Virus record (IMG/VR): IMGVR_UViG_3300045988_176431
Location: 1-64,000 of that record
DNA length: 64,000 nucleotides
Strand: one strand, 5' to 3'
Origin: a virus
The position numbers and the translations under genes are program-made. The notes under the pieces were generated by a model. The model made no database searches. It was not told where the DNA came from and saw nothing but the letters and a program-made list of their open reading frames with translations. This document shows positions 1 through 10,167 of the stretch, in pieces. Every line of letters begins with the position of its first letter. The stretch's first letter is position 1.

Positions 1-470
1 TTACTATCCATAAAGAAGTTCTTCGTTTTTTCAGCAGCATTTTTGACACCATTTACGAATGTTTTACCCATATCCATTGCTTTGTCTCTAACACTAGTTC
101 CAAAGTTTTTAAGGGCATTCCATCCTTTCTTAATACCACCAGTTAAACCATTCCATGCTTTACTAGCAAGATTCTTAATACCAGATTTTTTAACTTTCTC
201 TTTCTTTACAAGTTCACCTGCTTTAATTCTTGCTAATAATTCTTTTTGTGATATATCTTGTTTCTTTAATCTTTCACCATTACCATTAAAACATTCACCT
301 TTAGCGTTATAATAACTACCATCAGTTGCTGCAAAAACAGTTTCCTTACTATCCATAAAGAAGTTCTTAACAGCATTTCCTGCTTTCTTAGCACCATTTA
401 CGAATGTTTTACCCATATCCATTGCTTTGTCTCTAACATTAGTTCCAAAGTTTTTAAGGGCATTCCAGCC
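1..470 (-). repeat. in-frame direct repeat (period 345 nt = 115 codons) in the C-terminal part of the giant protein
   Basis: About 1..125 and 346..470 are near-identical (ttactatccataaagaagttctt ... accatttacgaatgttttacccatatccattgctttgtctctaaca.tagttccaaagtttttaagggcattcca). Both encode WNALKNFGT.VRDKAMDMGKTFVNG...KNFFMDSK. Confidence 0.8.
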
Positions 471-3400
471 AGCTTTTGCTGCACCACCAACAAGTTCTTT
501 ACCTTTATTAATAGCACCTCCAACAAGTTTTTTAGCACCACCAATAAGCCCACCAGAACTAACATCTTTCATCTTTGATGTGTCAATAGCATCTTCATGA
601 ACAAAGCCTAAATCTTTACCATTTTTGCTTTTTACTTGCCATGTACCATCATCATTCTTTGTGTAAGTATTTCCTTTATCATCCTGATATGCTTTATTAC
701 CAACTAAAGCATTTTTTCCTCGATGATATAACCATCCTGCACCTTTTGAAATGGCACCACCTACTTTATCAGAGATACCACCATTTACTCTTGTATTATA
801 AGTATCGAAGTCTTCTTTATCAATTTTATATTTATTAGTTTTTACACCTTCTTTAAAATCTTTATAACTTAGATCTTTACTGATAATCCCAGCCTTTTTC
901 TGTGTTTCATATTGAGCTTTTATTGTTTTATCTTGATCTTTTTCAAAAACTTTTACGAATTTCTTTTGGTTTACTCTCAATTTCTCATAAGATTTACCAC
1001 CATCATTTTTAAAGAAATTATACATAGCACCTAAGATTGTATCTCTTAAGTTTATTGGTTCAAAGAAATCAAGAATAACATCGATTACTGCTCCAATGGT
1101 TGTACCACAACAAAGTCCCCATGCAGCACCAATTAACCTCATAGTCCAGTCAGTATCTTCTTTTGCTACTTTAAATAACTTTGATGCACATGTCGCACCA
1201 TCAATAGCACCACCAAGTGCAAAAACAACTTCACTAAGTCCGGCACTTGCTCCAGCTAAAGCTCCATGTTCTCCAAAAACTTTTGCTAACTTACCACTAA
1301 TCTTAGGAAATTTTTTCTTCAACATTTCGATTATTTGTTTTGGTCCGCATTTACTAAAAAGCTGTTTAATTTTACCTGGTTCTTTTCCAGATTTTTCTGT
1401 AAGTTTTTTAATCAAGTTACTAAAAAATTCTTCGACCATTCCAGCAATTTTTTTAAAGAAACCACCAGAAGCTTTATTATCAGTGGCTTTTTTAGAAAGA
1501 CTCTTTCCTGCATCTTTCATTTTATTAACTATTTTTTTTGCACCTTCGGTTGCTTTACCTTTTACTTCTGTTTTTACAGTATTTTTAAAACTATCCACTT
1601 CGTTTCTTATATTAGTTACGGCTTTTCCTGGCTTTGAATTTTTCACTTTATTTCGTAAAGAATTCTCAGCAGTATCTAATGTATTTCGGACTTTCTGTAC
1701 CTTTTTACCAGCTTTAGATTCAGAAAGAGTTTTCTTTATATTCTTTTTCTTATCACTTTTCCATTTTTTAAATCCTTTTTCATTTTTATTTAATTTAAAA
1801 TCATCATTACCAGGAACAAAAAAATCATCAGCATGTTCTTTAGTCCATCTCTTATTAGATACTCCTTTCATGTTATCCCAATCTTCTTGAGAGATAACTT
1901 TTCGTCCATCTTTAAGAGAATAAGTTTTTGTTTTTTTATCATATACTAAATGATTTTTCTTTGCATCTCTAGTAAATTTTTCATAATCACTAGGTTTTCC
2001 ATGAATTATACGTTTAATTGCTCTACCTGGTGCTTTAATTACTTTCTCAGCACCACGCATTACTTTTTTAGCTTTTTTAGTAGTCTTTGTAAAGCTCTTA
2101 TTATATCTATTATGATAATTTACAATCGTCTTACCTATAAGATTAGTTCGTTCATGAGTACTTCCTGTAGTAGAACCGTCTTCATTTAATCCTAAAGGAT
2201 TTGTTACAATGCCTTTAACATTATCTTTTATTGCTTCAGGTATACTCTTTCCATCTTTTTGAGCACCTATACCATCATTGGTTCCGGATTGATCGATTGT
2301 ATTACCGATAGTCATTCCAAGACCTTTAGCAACACTCTCTAAAATATTTTTCAAAGTTTCCCAAATTCCTGGGAATTTAGCCATAAGTACTAATAAACCA
2401 GCAGTAATAAGACCTTTTTTACTAAAGATATTATCCCAACTTAAGAAATGACTTTTACTCTGTTCATTTCCTTCACCGATTTTATCTTTAATAGCACCAA
2501 ATAACCCTTTATACTCTTTATCTTTTTCTCCCTCTTTCTCAGCTTCTTTTTTCTTTTGCTGAGATTCGAAAGAACCTTCGTTTTTAGCATTTGCTAAATC
2601 AGCAGCATTATCAGCATCAATAATTGCTTCTTTTTTAGCAGAACTATCTTTGATATCATCAACATCTGATGTATCTGCGTTTTCTTTAATTAAATTACCC
2701 TCTTCATCATAGTCTGCATCTGAATTTGCTTTTGTTTTCATAACAGCAATATCATCTGCTTCACTATCATCTTCAGAAGAATTATTTGGACCTCCAACAA
2801 ATGGAATTCCCATTCCGAAGTTTTTCAATCTTCCTTTAATACCGTTAATTCCACCACCAAAACTTGGTGTAGCACCATTAACAGAAGGACCATCGGTTCC
2901 TTTTAATTTACTTATTACACTACTAGCAATACCTTGTACAAATACTTTGATACCATTGCCTTTTTGTGACAGAATTTTACCTTTTGCTTTTGGTGTAAAG
3001 ATTTCTGCGGCACTTGGATCAGATCCACCATCACCAACGAGATATGATTCACCATCATTTACATCTCCACCATTTGCTCTGGCTTTTCCTTTTCTATTAA
3101 AGAAACCTTTTACCTTACCAATTGCATTTTTTGACTTTTCTTTGAAATTGGCAAATGTTTCAGAAGCCTTTCCTTTAATATAATTAATGAAACCACCGGC
3201 TTCTTCAAATTTTTGCTTTAATTCATCAATCTTAGAAATTGCTCCACTTTCTTCATCTTCATTCTCATTATCTTTATCTTCACTATCTTTTTTTTCTTTC
3301 TCATTTTTCTCAGCATCTGAATCACTTTTACCTGATTGATTCATCTTACCTACACCAAAGGCTGGTTTATCACCAGTGAAAAATGATACAAGTCTTTCAA

Positions 3401-6400
3401 GTAAAGATGCAGAACGAGTCTGTTGTTGGAGCTGACGACCCTGAATATCAAGGTCAGAAGATTTTGCATTCAGCATATCATCATCAGATAACTTCTGAAC
3501 AGTTTCTGCTGCTTTTTGTTTCATTTCAGCAGCAACTTGTTTTGGATCTTTTTCAAATCCAATTTCACCAGCACTATTCTTTTTGAATTTATGCTTTAAT
3601 GCTTTATTTTTTTCAATAGCAGCATTCATTGTCTTCTCATCAAAGTATTTTACATCATATCCGAGAGTTTTTGCTGCTAATGCTCTATTCTTATCCATCG
3701 CTTTTCTATCACGTTGGACTTTTTTGTTTTCTTGTTTTTCTTTCATATAGGCAATATCAGCATCTGTTAATGCTGTACCAACACCACCAAAACCAAGTTT
3801 TTTCTTCAGGTTATTTAACCCTTCTTTTCCTTTAATTCTACCACCACTAATAGTATCAATTAATTTATAACCAGTATTGGTTACTTTTTCTTTTGCTTTA
3901 TCTTTTCCCCAACTAAAACCAGCTTTTACAAGATTTACTAACCTACCAAAAGTTTTTGAATATGCCTTTTTGATAGTCTTTTTCGTAAATTCTTTGACAT
4001 TATCAACAGCTTCACCAATCTTTTTAGCAGCTTTTCTAAATGGACTTGTAACCCAACGAGTAGCAACTTCTAAGATTTTTACAGGGAAAGTAATCATTGA
4101 TTTTGCGGATTTATAAGCTAAACTTGTAACACCACTAACTACTTTTTTAAGAGGATCAAAGACAATCTTCTTTGCCAAGTTTGTAATTGGTGACATAATT
4201 TTCTTAAGTAATCCACCTGCTTTTTTTGTTCCTTCTTTAATTTTCTCTGTTAATCCTTTAAAGGCACTAACCAAAGGCTTAACCATAACAGATAATTTTG
4301 CAAATACTTTATTTTTCATTGTATTTTTAAAATCATCAGCAATACCTAAAAATTTGGTTTTCATAGGAGCGAAAACTTCAACATGCATCCAGTTTCCAAC
4401 TTTTCCTACCATACCTTCTTTTATTTTTTCACCGTTTTCATCTTTCTCACCGAATAACCATTTATTGAATTTTTTACCAGAAGATTTTACACCAAGTGCT
4501 AATCCTGCAAGAGCACCAACAATTGGACCTCCAGCCATAAATCCTAATAAACCACCAGTTCCGGCACCAATAACACCCATTCCCATTCGTTTCTTAAAGT
4601 CTTTTGTATCTTCATCATCTTTATTACCGAATGCTTTTTTAATGTTATTGCTTAATTTTGATTTGAATCCTTCAATCCCTTTTTCTTCATTACCATACAT
4701 GAAGTCTTTGAACATCTGAGATTCTTTCATGAATCCAACAGCACTACCAAGAATTGCACCAGCGAATGGACCACCAACTAAGGCACCCATAAATCCACCA
4801 GAAGAACCTAATATAAGATTCTTAGCCATTCCAAGAGCAGCACCACCGATTACACTCTTTTTCAGTTTAGGATCTTTAAACATCTCTTGTGTTTTCTTAG
4901 ATACTAAACCGCCAATTCGACTCTTATTACCATTCTCATCTTCTACTTCAGGTCCAAATAAATAATCTTTGAATTTATCAGAGCGAGCAACTAAACTAGT
5001 ACCCATTCCAAGAACAATACCAGTCATTGGTCCACCAACGATTGCTCCTAATAAACCACCAGAAAGTAAACTAGTTCCAAGACCAGCAAGTGCACCAACA
5101 CCAAGTGTAGGAATTGCATCCATTGCTTTTTTCTTGAAATCTTCTACCATATCTTTTTCTGATTTTTCAGGATCATCAGAACCAAATAAAGTAGTTTTCC
5201 AACCTTGTAATCCTAACTTCAGAGATTCAACAAGTCCACCAATTACACCTGTTTTTTTCTCTGCTCCGTCACCGTCTTTATCTTTATCACCAAAAAGACG
5301 ATATCTCACACTTTCACCAAGTTCTTTGAATACAGAAGAAACTTTTCCTAATACAGAATTCTCTTTGTCACCTTTGTGAACATTTCCATCTGCATCTATC
5401 CAATCAGTTCCTTTAATCTTGGAACCCATTTCATGCCAAATATCTTTTGACTTATTCTGAATAGCAGAGAACATACCTCCTTGTTTATAACCATTTTCAT
5501 CTTTTTTACCAAAGATACTCTCTTTTAAAGGATTTAAGAAATTATCCTTAATAGAACCCCAGAAAGTTTTCATACTATCTGAAAAGATAGCAGCAAATTC
5601 TTTCATTGCACCTTTGCTATCACCATTCATAATAGCAAACATACCATTCTTCGTATGAGTACCAACATTTGCTATCATACCTGGAATTGTAGAAGCGTCT
5701 GCCATTTTTACAGCAGATTTTCTTCTTCCTGACATCGTTTCATTATCAGGAATTATATCTTGACTTTGTAAACCTTTCTTAGCAAGAGTTTTAGCATTAC
5801 CTTTTGTACGATGTTTCATTTGATACTTATCTCTTGCTTTTTGCTCTTTTTTCTCTCTTTCTTGTCGCTCTTTACGCTTTCTTTGAGAATTTTTATTTCC
5901 TGTTTCTACATCAACTAATTCCCAAGGATTTGTATCTTCTGTAATACCAGCAGCAAGAAGATTTCTTGTATCATAGTTTTCATTAAGATCTTCAATTGCA
6001 TTATTAAATGCAACTTTTGCATCTATCTGAGCTTTTGCAGCATGTTGTACACCAACTTGATTCTTTTTCATCAAATCGATAGTATTTAATAAGATATTTA
6101 AAATCTTCTCATCATGTTTATTATTTACATCAATATATTCTGCTATCTTATTAACATCTGAATTCTTATCATGGATATCCATTTTATCTGGAGTAAATGC
6201 TTTTTCATATCGAGTAAGTCCTTGGAAAAACTGACTCATCATTTTTTCATAAGTTTTTGCATCTTTTCCAACTAATTCAGAACCTCCTGCTCTGAGTGCT
6301 TCACCAAATTCAGAACGATTAAAAGCATCCTCGATACCTTCTTTTATCTGATTTGCAATATCACTTCGAACATCTTTTACTTTTGTATATCTTCCAGATT

Positions 6401-7664
6401 CAATATCAAATACTTCACCATTATCTTTACTCTTATTTGTATCAATCTTGAAATGTTCAGCAATATCTTTTAAATAAGAGCTCATCTCACGAAGATGTTT
6501 TGGTATAATTTCCACAATTGAGTTTCTGGTTACTCCATCAAAGACGGCAGCATCTTTAGAAACTTTTCCCGATAAGTCGAATCCTTTTTTTGCATCGACT
6601 TTAATTCCAAATACATTTCCTATTAATCTCTGAAGAGCACCTTTCATACCAGCTTCTTCAGATTTTCTCCAATCTCCTAACTTAGCAAGCATTGTTGGCA
6701 TAAATCCTGTAAAGGCATCTTCCATTCCTTTTACAGTATTTGTAACTAAATTTGGAACCATAGCAGATAATATCATCTTAGTGGCTCCTCCAACAGGGTT
6801 TGCTAACATCATATCGAGCATACTGTCATCTGTTAACATATCAAGTGTACTACCAGCACCACTATTTTTGTAAACAGATTTTATTTGTTTCTTTACATAT
6901 TCTTTGTATTTTCCTGCATCAATACCTCTCGTTCCATTAAATACATCAGGACCATTACTTCTTTTTCCACGATCATCATCTTCAGTTGTTTTTGCATAAC
7001 GATCAAAAACAGCCATTGCAGACTCATAGAACTTTAATGTATTTTCTTGTTGGAATTGTACTAATGCGGTAATACCATTATTAATATTTGACAAATGCAT
7101 ATTGGTTTCTTTTGCAATCTCTTGTGATTGCATCATACCAGCACTTGCAATTGATATCATTGCGTCTACACTTGCTTTTTGTGCTTTTATATTTGATTCT
7201 GCACTCGTTGCAATTGCATCTGCTATAACAGCACTTCCATTACTTGATGAACGATTTCCATCATCAATATAATTAAAAGTAACAGTAGCATCTTCATTAG
7301 CATCTTCAAAATCAGAAAAATCAAAATCACCAAACGATTCTTCCATTGTTTCTGTAAGACGATCACTATTATATATTTTTCCAGTTTTTATATCATTCAA
7401 ACTGTTTGTAAATGCTTTTTTTACACTTTTAATCGCTGAATTGTTATTAAGTGCCTTTGCTACTTGTGAAACATTATTTCCTTTTGTTGCATCTTTAATA
7501 CTTCGAATTGCTCCTGCAGTTCCTTTTCCTAATTCACTTAGGTTAGGAGCAATCTCTTTGAAATTATCAACTGATGCAGCACCAATTGATTTCATCACAT
7601 TATTTAGCCATTTTGTGCTAACTTTTGATTTACCACGTGTATTTGTGGCAGGTTTTTGTGGCAA
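1..7664 (-). CDS. giant tape-measure-like virion protein (>2550 aa; 3' end runs off the left edge of the window)
   Basis: By-eye translation gave an open minus-strand frame from TTG 7664 (AAGGAGGG 8 nt upstream, in-frame TAA just before) to position 1. Helical N-terminus and three Gly-zipper hydrophobic blocks (e.g. GVGALAGLGTSLLSGGLLGAIVGGPMTGIVLGMG). YLVGDGGSDPSAAEIFTP resembles the VGExGPE motif of tape measure proteins. The + strand ORFs listed in 43..7668 are low-complexity antisense shadows. Confidence 0.6.
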   Translation of the reverse strand, partial: MPQKPATNTRGKSKVSTKWLNNVMKSIGAASVDNFKEIAPNLSELGKGTAGAIRSIKDATKGNNVSQVAKALNNNSAIKSVKKAFTNSLNDIKTGKIYNSDRLTETMEESFGDFDFSDFEDANEDATVTFNYIDDGNRSSSNGSAVIADAIATSAESNIKAQKASVDAMISIASAGMMQSQEIAKETNMHLSNINNGITALVQFQQENTLKFYESAMAVFDRYAKTTEDDDRGKRSNGPDVFNGTRGIDAGKYKEYVKKQIKSVYKNSGAGSTLDMLTDDSMLDMMLANPVGGATKMILSAMVPNLVTNTVKGMEDAFTGFMPTMLAKLGDWRKSEEAGMKGALQRLIGNVFGIKVDAKKGFDLSGKVSKDAAVFDGVTRNSIVEIIPKHLREMSSYLKDIAEHFKIDTNKSKDNGEVFDIESGRYTKVKDVRSDIANQIKEGIEDAFNRSEFGEALRAGGSELVGKDAKTYEKMMSQFFQGLTRYEKAFTPDKMDIHDKNSDVNKIAEYIDVNNKHDEKILNILLNTIDLMKKNQVGVQHAAKAQIDAKVAFNNAIEDLNENYDTRNLLAAGITEDTNPWELVDVETGNKNSQRKRKERQEREKKEQKARDKYQMKHRTKGNAKTLAKKGLQSQDIIPDNETMSGRRKSAVKMADASTIPGMIANVGTHTKNGMFAIMNGDSKGAMKEFAAIFSDSMKTFWGSIKDNFLNPLKESIFGKKDENGYKQGGMFSAIQNKSKDIWHEMGSKIKGTDWIDADGNVHKGDKENSVLGKVSSVFKELGESVRYRLFGDKDKDGDGAEKKTGVIGGLVESLKLGLQGWKTTLFGSDDPEKSEKDMVEDFKKKAMDAIPTLGVGALAGLGTSLLSGGLLGAIVGGPMTGIVLGMGTSLVARSDKFKDYLFGPEVEDENGNKSRIGGLVSKKTQEMFKDPKLKKSVIGGAALGMAKNLILGSSGGFMGALVGGPFAGAILGSAVGFMKESQMFKDFMYGNEEKGIEGFKSKLSNNIKKAFGNKDDEDTKDFKKRMGMGVIGAGTGGLLGFMAGGPIVGALAGLALGVKSSGKKFNKWLFGEKDENGEKIKEGMVGKVGNWMHVEVFAPMKTKFLGIADDFKNTMKNKVFAKLSVMVKPLVSAFKGLTEKIKEGTKKAGGLLKKIMSPITNLAKKIVFDPLKKVVSGVTSLAYKSAKSMITFPVKILEVATRWVTSPFRKAAKKIGEAVDNVKEFTKKTIKKAYSKTFGRLVNLVKAGFSWGKDKAKEKVTNTGYKLIDTISGGRIKGKEGLNNLKKKLGFGGVGTALTDADIAYMKEKQENKKVQRDRKAMDKNRALAAKTLGYDVKYFDEKTMNAAIEKNKALKHKFKKNSAGEIGFEKDPKQVAAEMKQKAAETVQKLSDDDMLNAKSSDLDIQGRQLQQQTRSASLLERLVSFFTGDKPAFGVGKMNQSGKSDSDAEKNEKEKKDSEDKDNENEDEESGAISKIDELKQKFEEAGGFINYIKGKASETFANFKEKSKNAIGKVKGFFNRKGKARANGGDVNDGESYLVGDGGSDPSAAEIFTPKAKGKILSQKGNGIKVFVQGIASSVISKLKGTDGPSVNGATPSFGGGINGIKGRLKNFGMGIPFVGGPNNSSEDDSEADDIAVMKTKANSDADYDEEGNLIKENADTSDVDDIKDSSAKKEAIIDADNAADLANAKNEGSFESQQKKKEAEKEGEKDKEYKGLFGAIKDKIGEGNEQSKSHFLSWDNIFSKKGLITAGLLVLMAKFPGIWETLKNILESVAKGLGMTIGNTIDQSGTNDGIGAQKDGKSIPEAIKDNVKGIVTNPLGLNEDGSTTGSTHERTNLIGKTIVNYHNRYNKSFTKTTKKAKKVMRGAEKVIKAPGRAIKRIIHGKPSDYEKFTRDAKKNHLVYDKKTKTYSLKDGRKVISQEDWDNMKGVSNKRWTKEHADDFFVPGNDDFKLNKNEKGFKKWKSDKKKNIKKTLSESKAGKKVQKVRNTLDTAENSLRNKVKNSKPGKAVTNIRNEVDSFKNTVKTEVKGKATEGAKKIVNKMKDAGKSLSKKATDNKASGGFFKKIAGMVEEFFSNLIKKLTEKSGKEPGKIKQLFSKCGPKQIIEMLKKKFPKISGKLAKVFGEHGALAGASAGLSEVVFALGGAIDGATCASKLFKVAKEDTDWTMRLIGAAWGLCCGTTIGAVIDVILDFFEPINLRDTILGAMYNFFKNDGGKSYEKLRVNQKKFVKVFEKDQDKTIKAQYETQKKAGIISKDLSYKDFKEGVKTNKYKIDKEDFDTYNTRVNGGISDKVGGAISKGAGWLYHRGKNALVGNKAYQDDKGNTYTKNDDGTWQVKSKNGKDLGFVHEDAIDTSKMKDVSSGGLIGGAKKLVGGAINKGKELVGGAAKAGWNALKNFGTNVRDKAMDMGKTFVNGAKKAGNAVKNFFMDSKETVFAATDGSYYNAKGECFNGNGERLKKQDISQKELLARIKAGELVKKEKVKKSGIKNLASKAWNGLTGGIKKGWNALKNFGTSVRDKAMDMGKTFVNGVKNAAEKTKNFFMDS

Positions 7665-7734
7665 TTAAATCACCCTCCTTTCATAATTATTTAAGTCCTT
7701 AATTCAATGTTTTTACTCAAAAAATCACAAAAGA

Positions 7735-7783
7735 GGGTAAAAAAATGAAGATAACCGATGTGACAAAAATCACATCGGTTATC
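7735..7783 (-). terminator. intrinsic terminator after the 7848..8408 gene
   Basis: 14-bp stem gataaccgatgtga/tcacatcggttatc (7750-7783), followed on the minus strand by ttcattttttt. Confidence 0.6.
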
Positions 7784-7847
7784 TTCTTCACACTTTGAGA
7801 GGAGCAAAGTTTTGAGTGAATGAAATATATCTAAATATAACTTATCA

Positions 7848-8408
7848 TCAAACTTTTTTACGTTTCTTCAAGTAATCCGGACATGGAGAACTTGCAACGA
7901 GCGATGTATACTCTTCATTGGTATACTCAAACTCACCAAGGTCTTTACCATCACGTGGATTCTTTGCATGAGAACGTTTTGTTTTCTTCGGGTTTTTCTT
8001 AAGGGAAACAGAACCTTTGAAATCTTCTCTTGGAATAAAATCAAATTTGTTTCCTGCACCCATGTATTCATAAATGGCAGTTACGATAAACTCATAAAAA
8101 CCATCTACATTATCAATTGTGAAAGATTCATCCATTACAACAGAAGATTCTTTCTTATCAACGCCTGCTTTTTCAAGAACTTTCTTCAAGAATTTTCTGA
8201 AGTTCTCATTTACCATTACTTCTTCATAATGGTCAACTACTCCAGCTTTTACAACTGGAACTTTAATACTGAAATCAGTATCATTCATCATTGCTTTCAG
8301 CAATTTGTTAAAATTCTTTTTTGAAAAACGATTATTAATTACTTTACCGTTTTTTCCTGTTTTTCCTTCCATTTCTTTTAATGTCTCTTTTACGCTCATC
8401 TTCTTCAT
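7848..8408 (-). CDS. HU/IHF-like (DNABII-type) DNA-binding protein with N-terminal extension (tentative)
   Basis: VDGFYEFIVTAIYEYMGAGNKFDF ... KRSHAKNPRDGKDLGEFEY aligns by eye with HU VDAVFDTITEALKKGDKVQL ... RTGRNPQTGEEIEI (helix 2 plus beta-arm). Confidence 0.45.
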   Translation of the reverse strand: MKKMSVKETLKEMEGKTGKNGKVINNRFSKKNFNKLLKAMMNDTDFSIKVPVVKAGVVDHYEEVMVNENFRKFLKKVLEKAGVDKKESSVVMDESFTIDNVDGFYEFIVTAIYEYMGAGNKFDFIPREDFKGSVSLKKNPKKTKRSHAKNPRDGKDLGEFEYTNEEYTSLVASSPCPDYLKKRKKV

Positions 8409-8522
8409 CCTTCCTTTCTTTTACATAATCAAGATACTTCATTAAGTCGAAGTTCATCTCAATGTTTAAGCCTATTTTTTTCCAATTTTTCATTATCATT
8501 CAGTTCCTCTCATGATTATTTA

Positions 8523-8942
8523 TTATGATGCATTCACATAATAAACTTTATGTGGCTTATTCATTTTCTTACGATAAACCACAATATTTACAGAACGATC
8601 AATAATTGATACATTATTGATATTGAGTTCCGAAATATCTTTACATTTTTTCAACTCTTTAAAAGGAATTGTAATTGTAAATAATGGACTATTACCCATA
8701 TAATCAATCCGATAATGTTTGTTATCTTCGATATTATCCATAACGATTGGAATTCCTAAAAGAGTTTTCGGTAAGAAAAATTCAATTTGAGTCTTTTTAT
8801 CAAATCGAACTTTCTTTACTTTTTCATTCATAATATCAATTGCATCAATTGGGAGAAATAATGAATTATCATCAATAAAACTCTCAATTACTGATTTTAA
8901 ATCTTTTTCTTTAACACAATATTCTTTCGTTTTAATTCTCAT
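8523..8942 (-). CDS. hypothetical protein
   Basis: 139-aa ORF co-oriented with its neighbours. No motif recognised. Confidence 0.7.
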   Translation of the reverse strand: MRIKTKEYCVKEKDLKSVIESFIDDNSLFLPIDAIDIMNEKVKKVRFDKKTQIEFFLPKTLLGIPIVMDNIEDNKHYRIDYMGNSPLFTITIPFKELKKCKDISELNINNVSIIDRSVNIVVYRKKMNKPHKVYYVNAS

Positions 8943-8951
8943 TTATTCACC

Positions 8952-9194
8952 TCATTTCCGATTTCTCCAAGTAATCGTTCCTTTCGTCAAATCATATGGA
9001 GAAACAGAAACACATACAGTATCTCCAACAGTAAGAGTTACATTGTTTAAACGAATTTTTCCAGTTGGATGTGCTGTGATTTCTAATTCTTTTCCCTCTT
9101 CGTTTTCAACTTTTACTATGTACTTTCCGCCATTGATTTTTTTAGTAATTTTTCCTTCCAGTTCAATCAAATCTTGCCTACTCATTTTACTCAC
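8952..9194 (-). CDS. infA: translation initiation factor IF-1 homologue (S1-like OB fold)
   Basis: 80 aa. IELEGKI..VKVENEEG.ELEITAHPTGKIRLNNVTLTVGDTVCVSVSPYDLTKGTITWRNRK matches bacterial IF-1 ([53 protein letters not shown]) along its whole length. GAGGTGAG RBS. Confidence 0.85.
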   Translation of the reverse strand: MSKMSRQDLIELEGKITKKINGGKYIVKVENEEGKELEITAHPTGKIRLNNVTLTVGDTVCVSVSPYDLTKGTITWRNRK

Positions 9195-9266
9195 CTCATT
9201 TCTTATTTATAATTAGTTGTGGTAAGATTTATACTTTTTAATCTTACCACAACTTACTTGTTTTTA

Positions 9267-9713
9267 TTAATAATCAACTTCTCGTTGATACATTTCCAAA
9301 TCAACATAACGATTTTTTAATGTAGTTAATGATGGTGTCTCTTTTCTAATCTTTTTAATCTCTTCCTCCAAAATATCATAACATTCAGACATTTTCTCTA
9401 TATCTTTTTTACTATCACTGAATTCAATTGTTCGAATCAAAACATCTTTTGCATAATACAAATCATCAAGATAAGGTTCAATATCTAATTGCTTAATAAT
9501 TAAATACTTGGATTGAATATAGCTTCCTCCATAACGAATTAAATATAAATCTTCATAAAGATGTTTATATTTACTTACTTTCTTTTTTTTAATATGAAAA
9601 GGAAGGAGATGTTCGTTATTTGTATGAAAGTAATCTTCCATATATTTTTTGATTACTCGCTTCTCTTCATGAAAAGCAATTAAATCACCATTACTATCCA
9701 TCACTCCATACAT
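9267..9713 (-). CDS. hypothetical protein (possible distant relative of the YAxT-KK paralog family)
   Basis: 148-aa ORF. DLIAFHEEKRVIKKYMEDYF weakly resembles PLYAFTNDKKLKDLFKETR of the 12.9-15.8 kb family. Confidence 0.7.
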   Translation of the reverse strand: MYGVMDSNGDLIAFHEEKRVIKKYMEDYFHTNNEHLLPFHIKKKKVSKYKHLYEDLYLIRYGGSYIQSKYLIIKQLDIEPYLDDLYYAKDVLIRTIEFSDSKKDIEKMSECYDILEEEIKKIRKETPSLTTLKNRYVDLEMYQREVDY

Positions 9714-9735
9714 CTTTCATTCTCTCCTTATTTTT

Positions 9736-10167
9736 TTAAAATGACATTGCAATTTTATACACGTTTGTCATCTTTTCCAGAGTATCTGGTCGGATACATG
9801 ACTTAATTGCATCAATTGATAAAATGGCAAGTATAAGTGCTGCAATTAACCTAGCAATAATAATACAAATCGGTTTTAACTGCTCTAAACAGGATTCAGT
9901 CCTATCTAGTAAATCACTATCTTCCATCTCTCTAATAACTTTCTTTCTTGATTTTATCTCATTCTCATATGGATAAAATCCTTTCTTCTTCATCTTCTTT
10001 TTTGATTTCTTCTTAGACTTCTTATCACTCTTTTTTAATTCCATTTGAAGAAATTCAATTTCATCTTTAATTCCTTCATACTGGGAATTCAATGATAAAT
10101 CGACATTATATAAAATCCCAGTATTTTTTCCTTTGTTCTTTTTCTTCTTTTTGCTCAATTGAATCAT
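9736..10167 (-). CDS. Lys-rich protein with C-terminal transmembrane helix
   Basis: 143-aa ORF with KKSKKKSKKKMKKK tracts and hydrophobic ICIIIARLIAALILAILSI near the C-terminus. Confidence 0.7.
   Translation of the reverse strand: MIQLSKKKKKNKGKNTGILYNVDLSLNSQYEGIKDEIEFLQMELKKSDKKSKKKSKKKMKKKGFYPYENEIKSRKKVIREMEDSDLLDRTESCLEQLKPICIIIARLIAALILAILSIDAIKSCIRPDTLEKMTNVYKIAMSF

Noticed and set aside
43-7668. About fifteen + strand ORFs (89-264 aa) listed in the ORF track
   Set aside because: Their translations are low-complexity (P/S/F/L-rich) and they have no RBS. They lie antisense to one continuous minus-strand frame with protein-like sequence, so they are shadow ORFs.
8409-8522. Small minus-strand ORF (MIMKNWKKIGLNIEMNF...) overlapping the start of 7848..8408 in another frame
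   Set aside because: It is about 49 aa, with half of it overlapping a better-supported gene. The RBS is weak and there is no supporting feature.
7848-8942. Tail-assembly-chaperone pair with programmed frameshift upstream of the tape-measure-like gene
   Set aside because: The two genes are separated by 114 nt and there is no slippery heptamer with an overlapping frame. The proximal gene looks HU-like and is followed by its own terminator.
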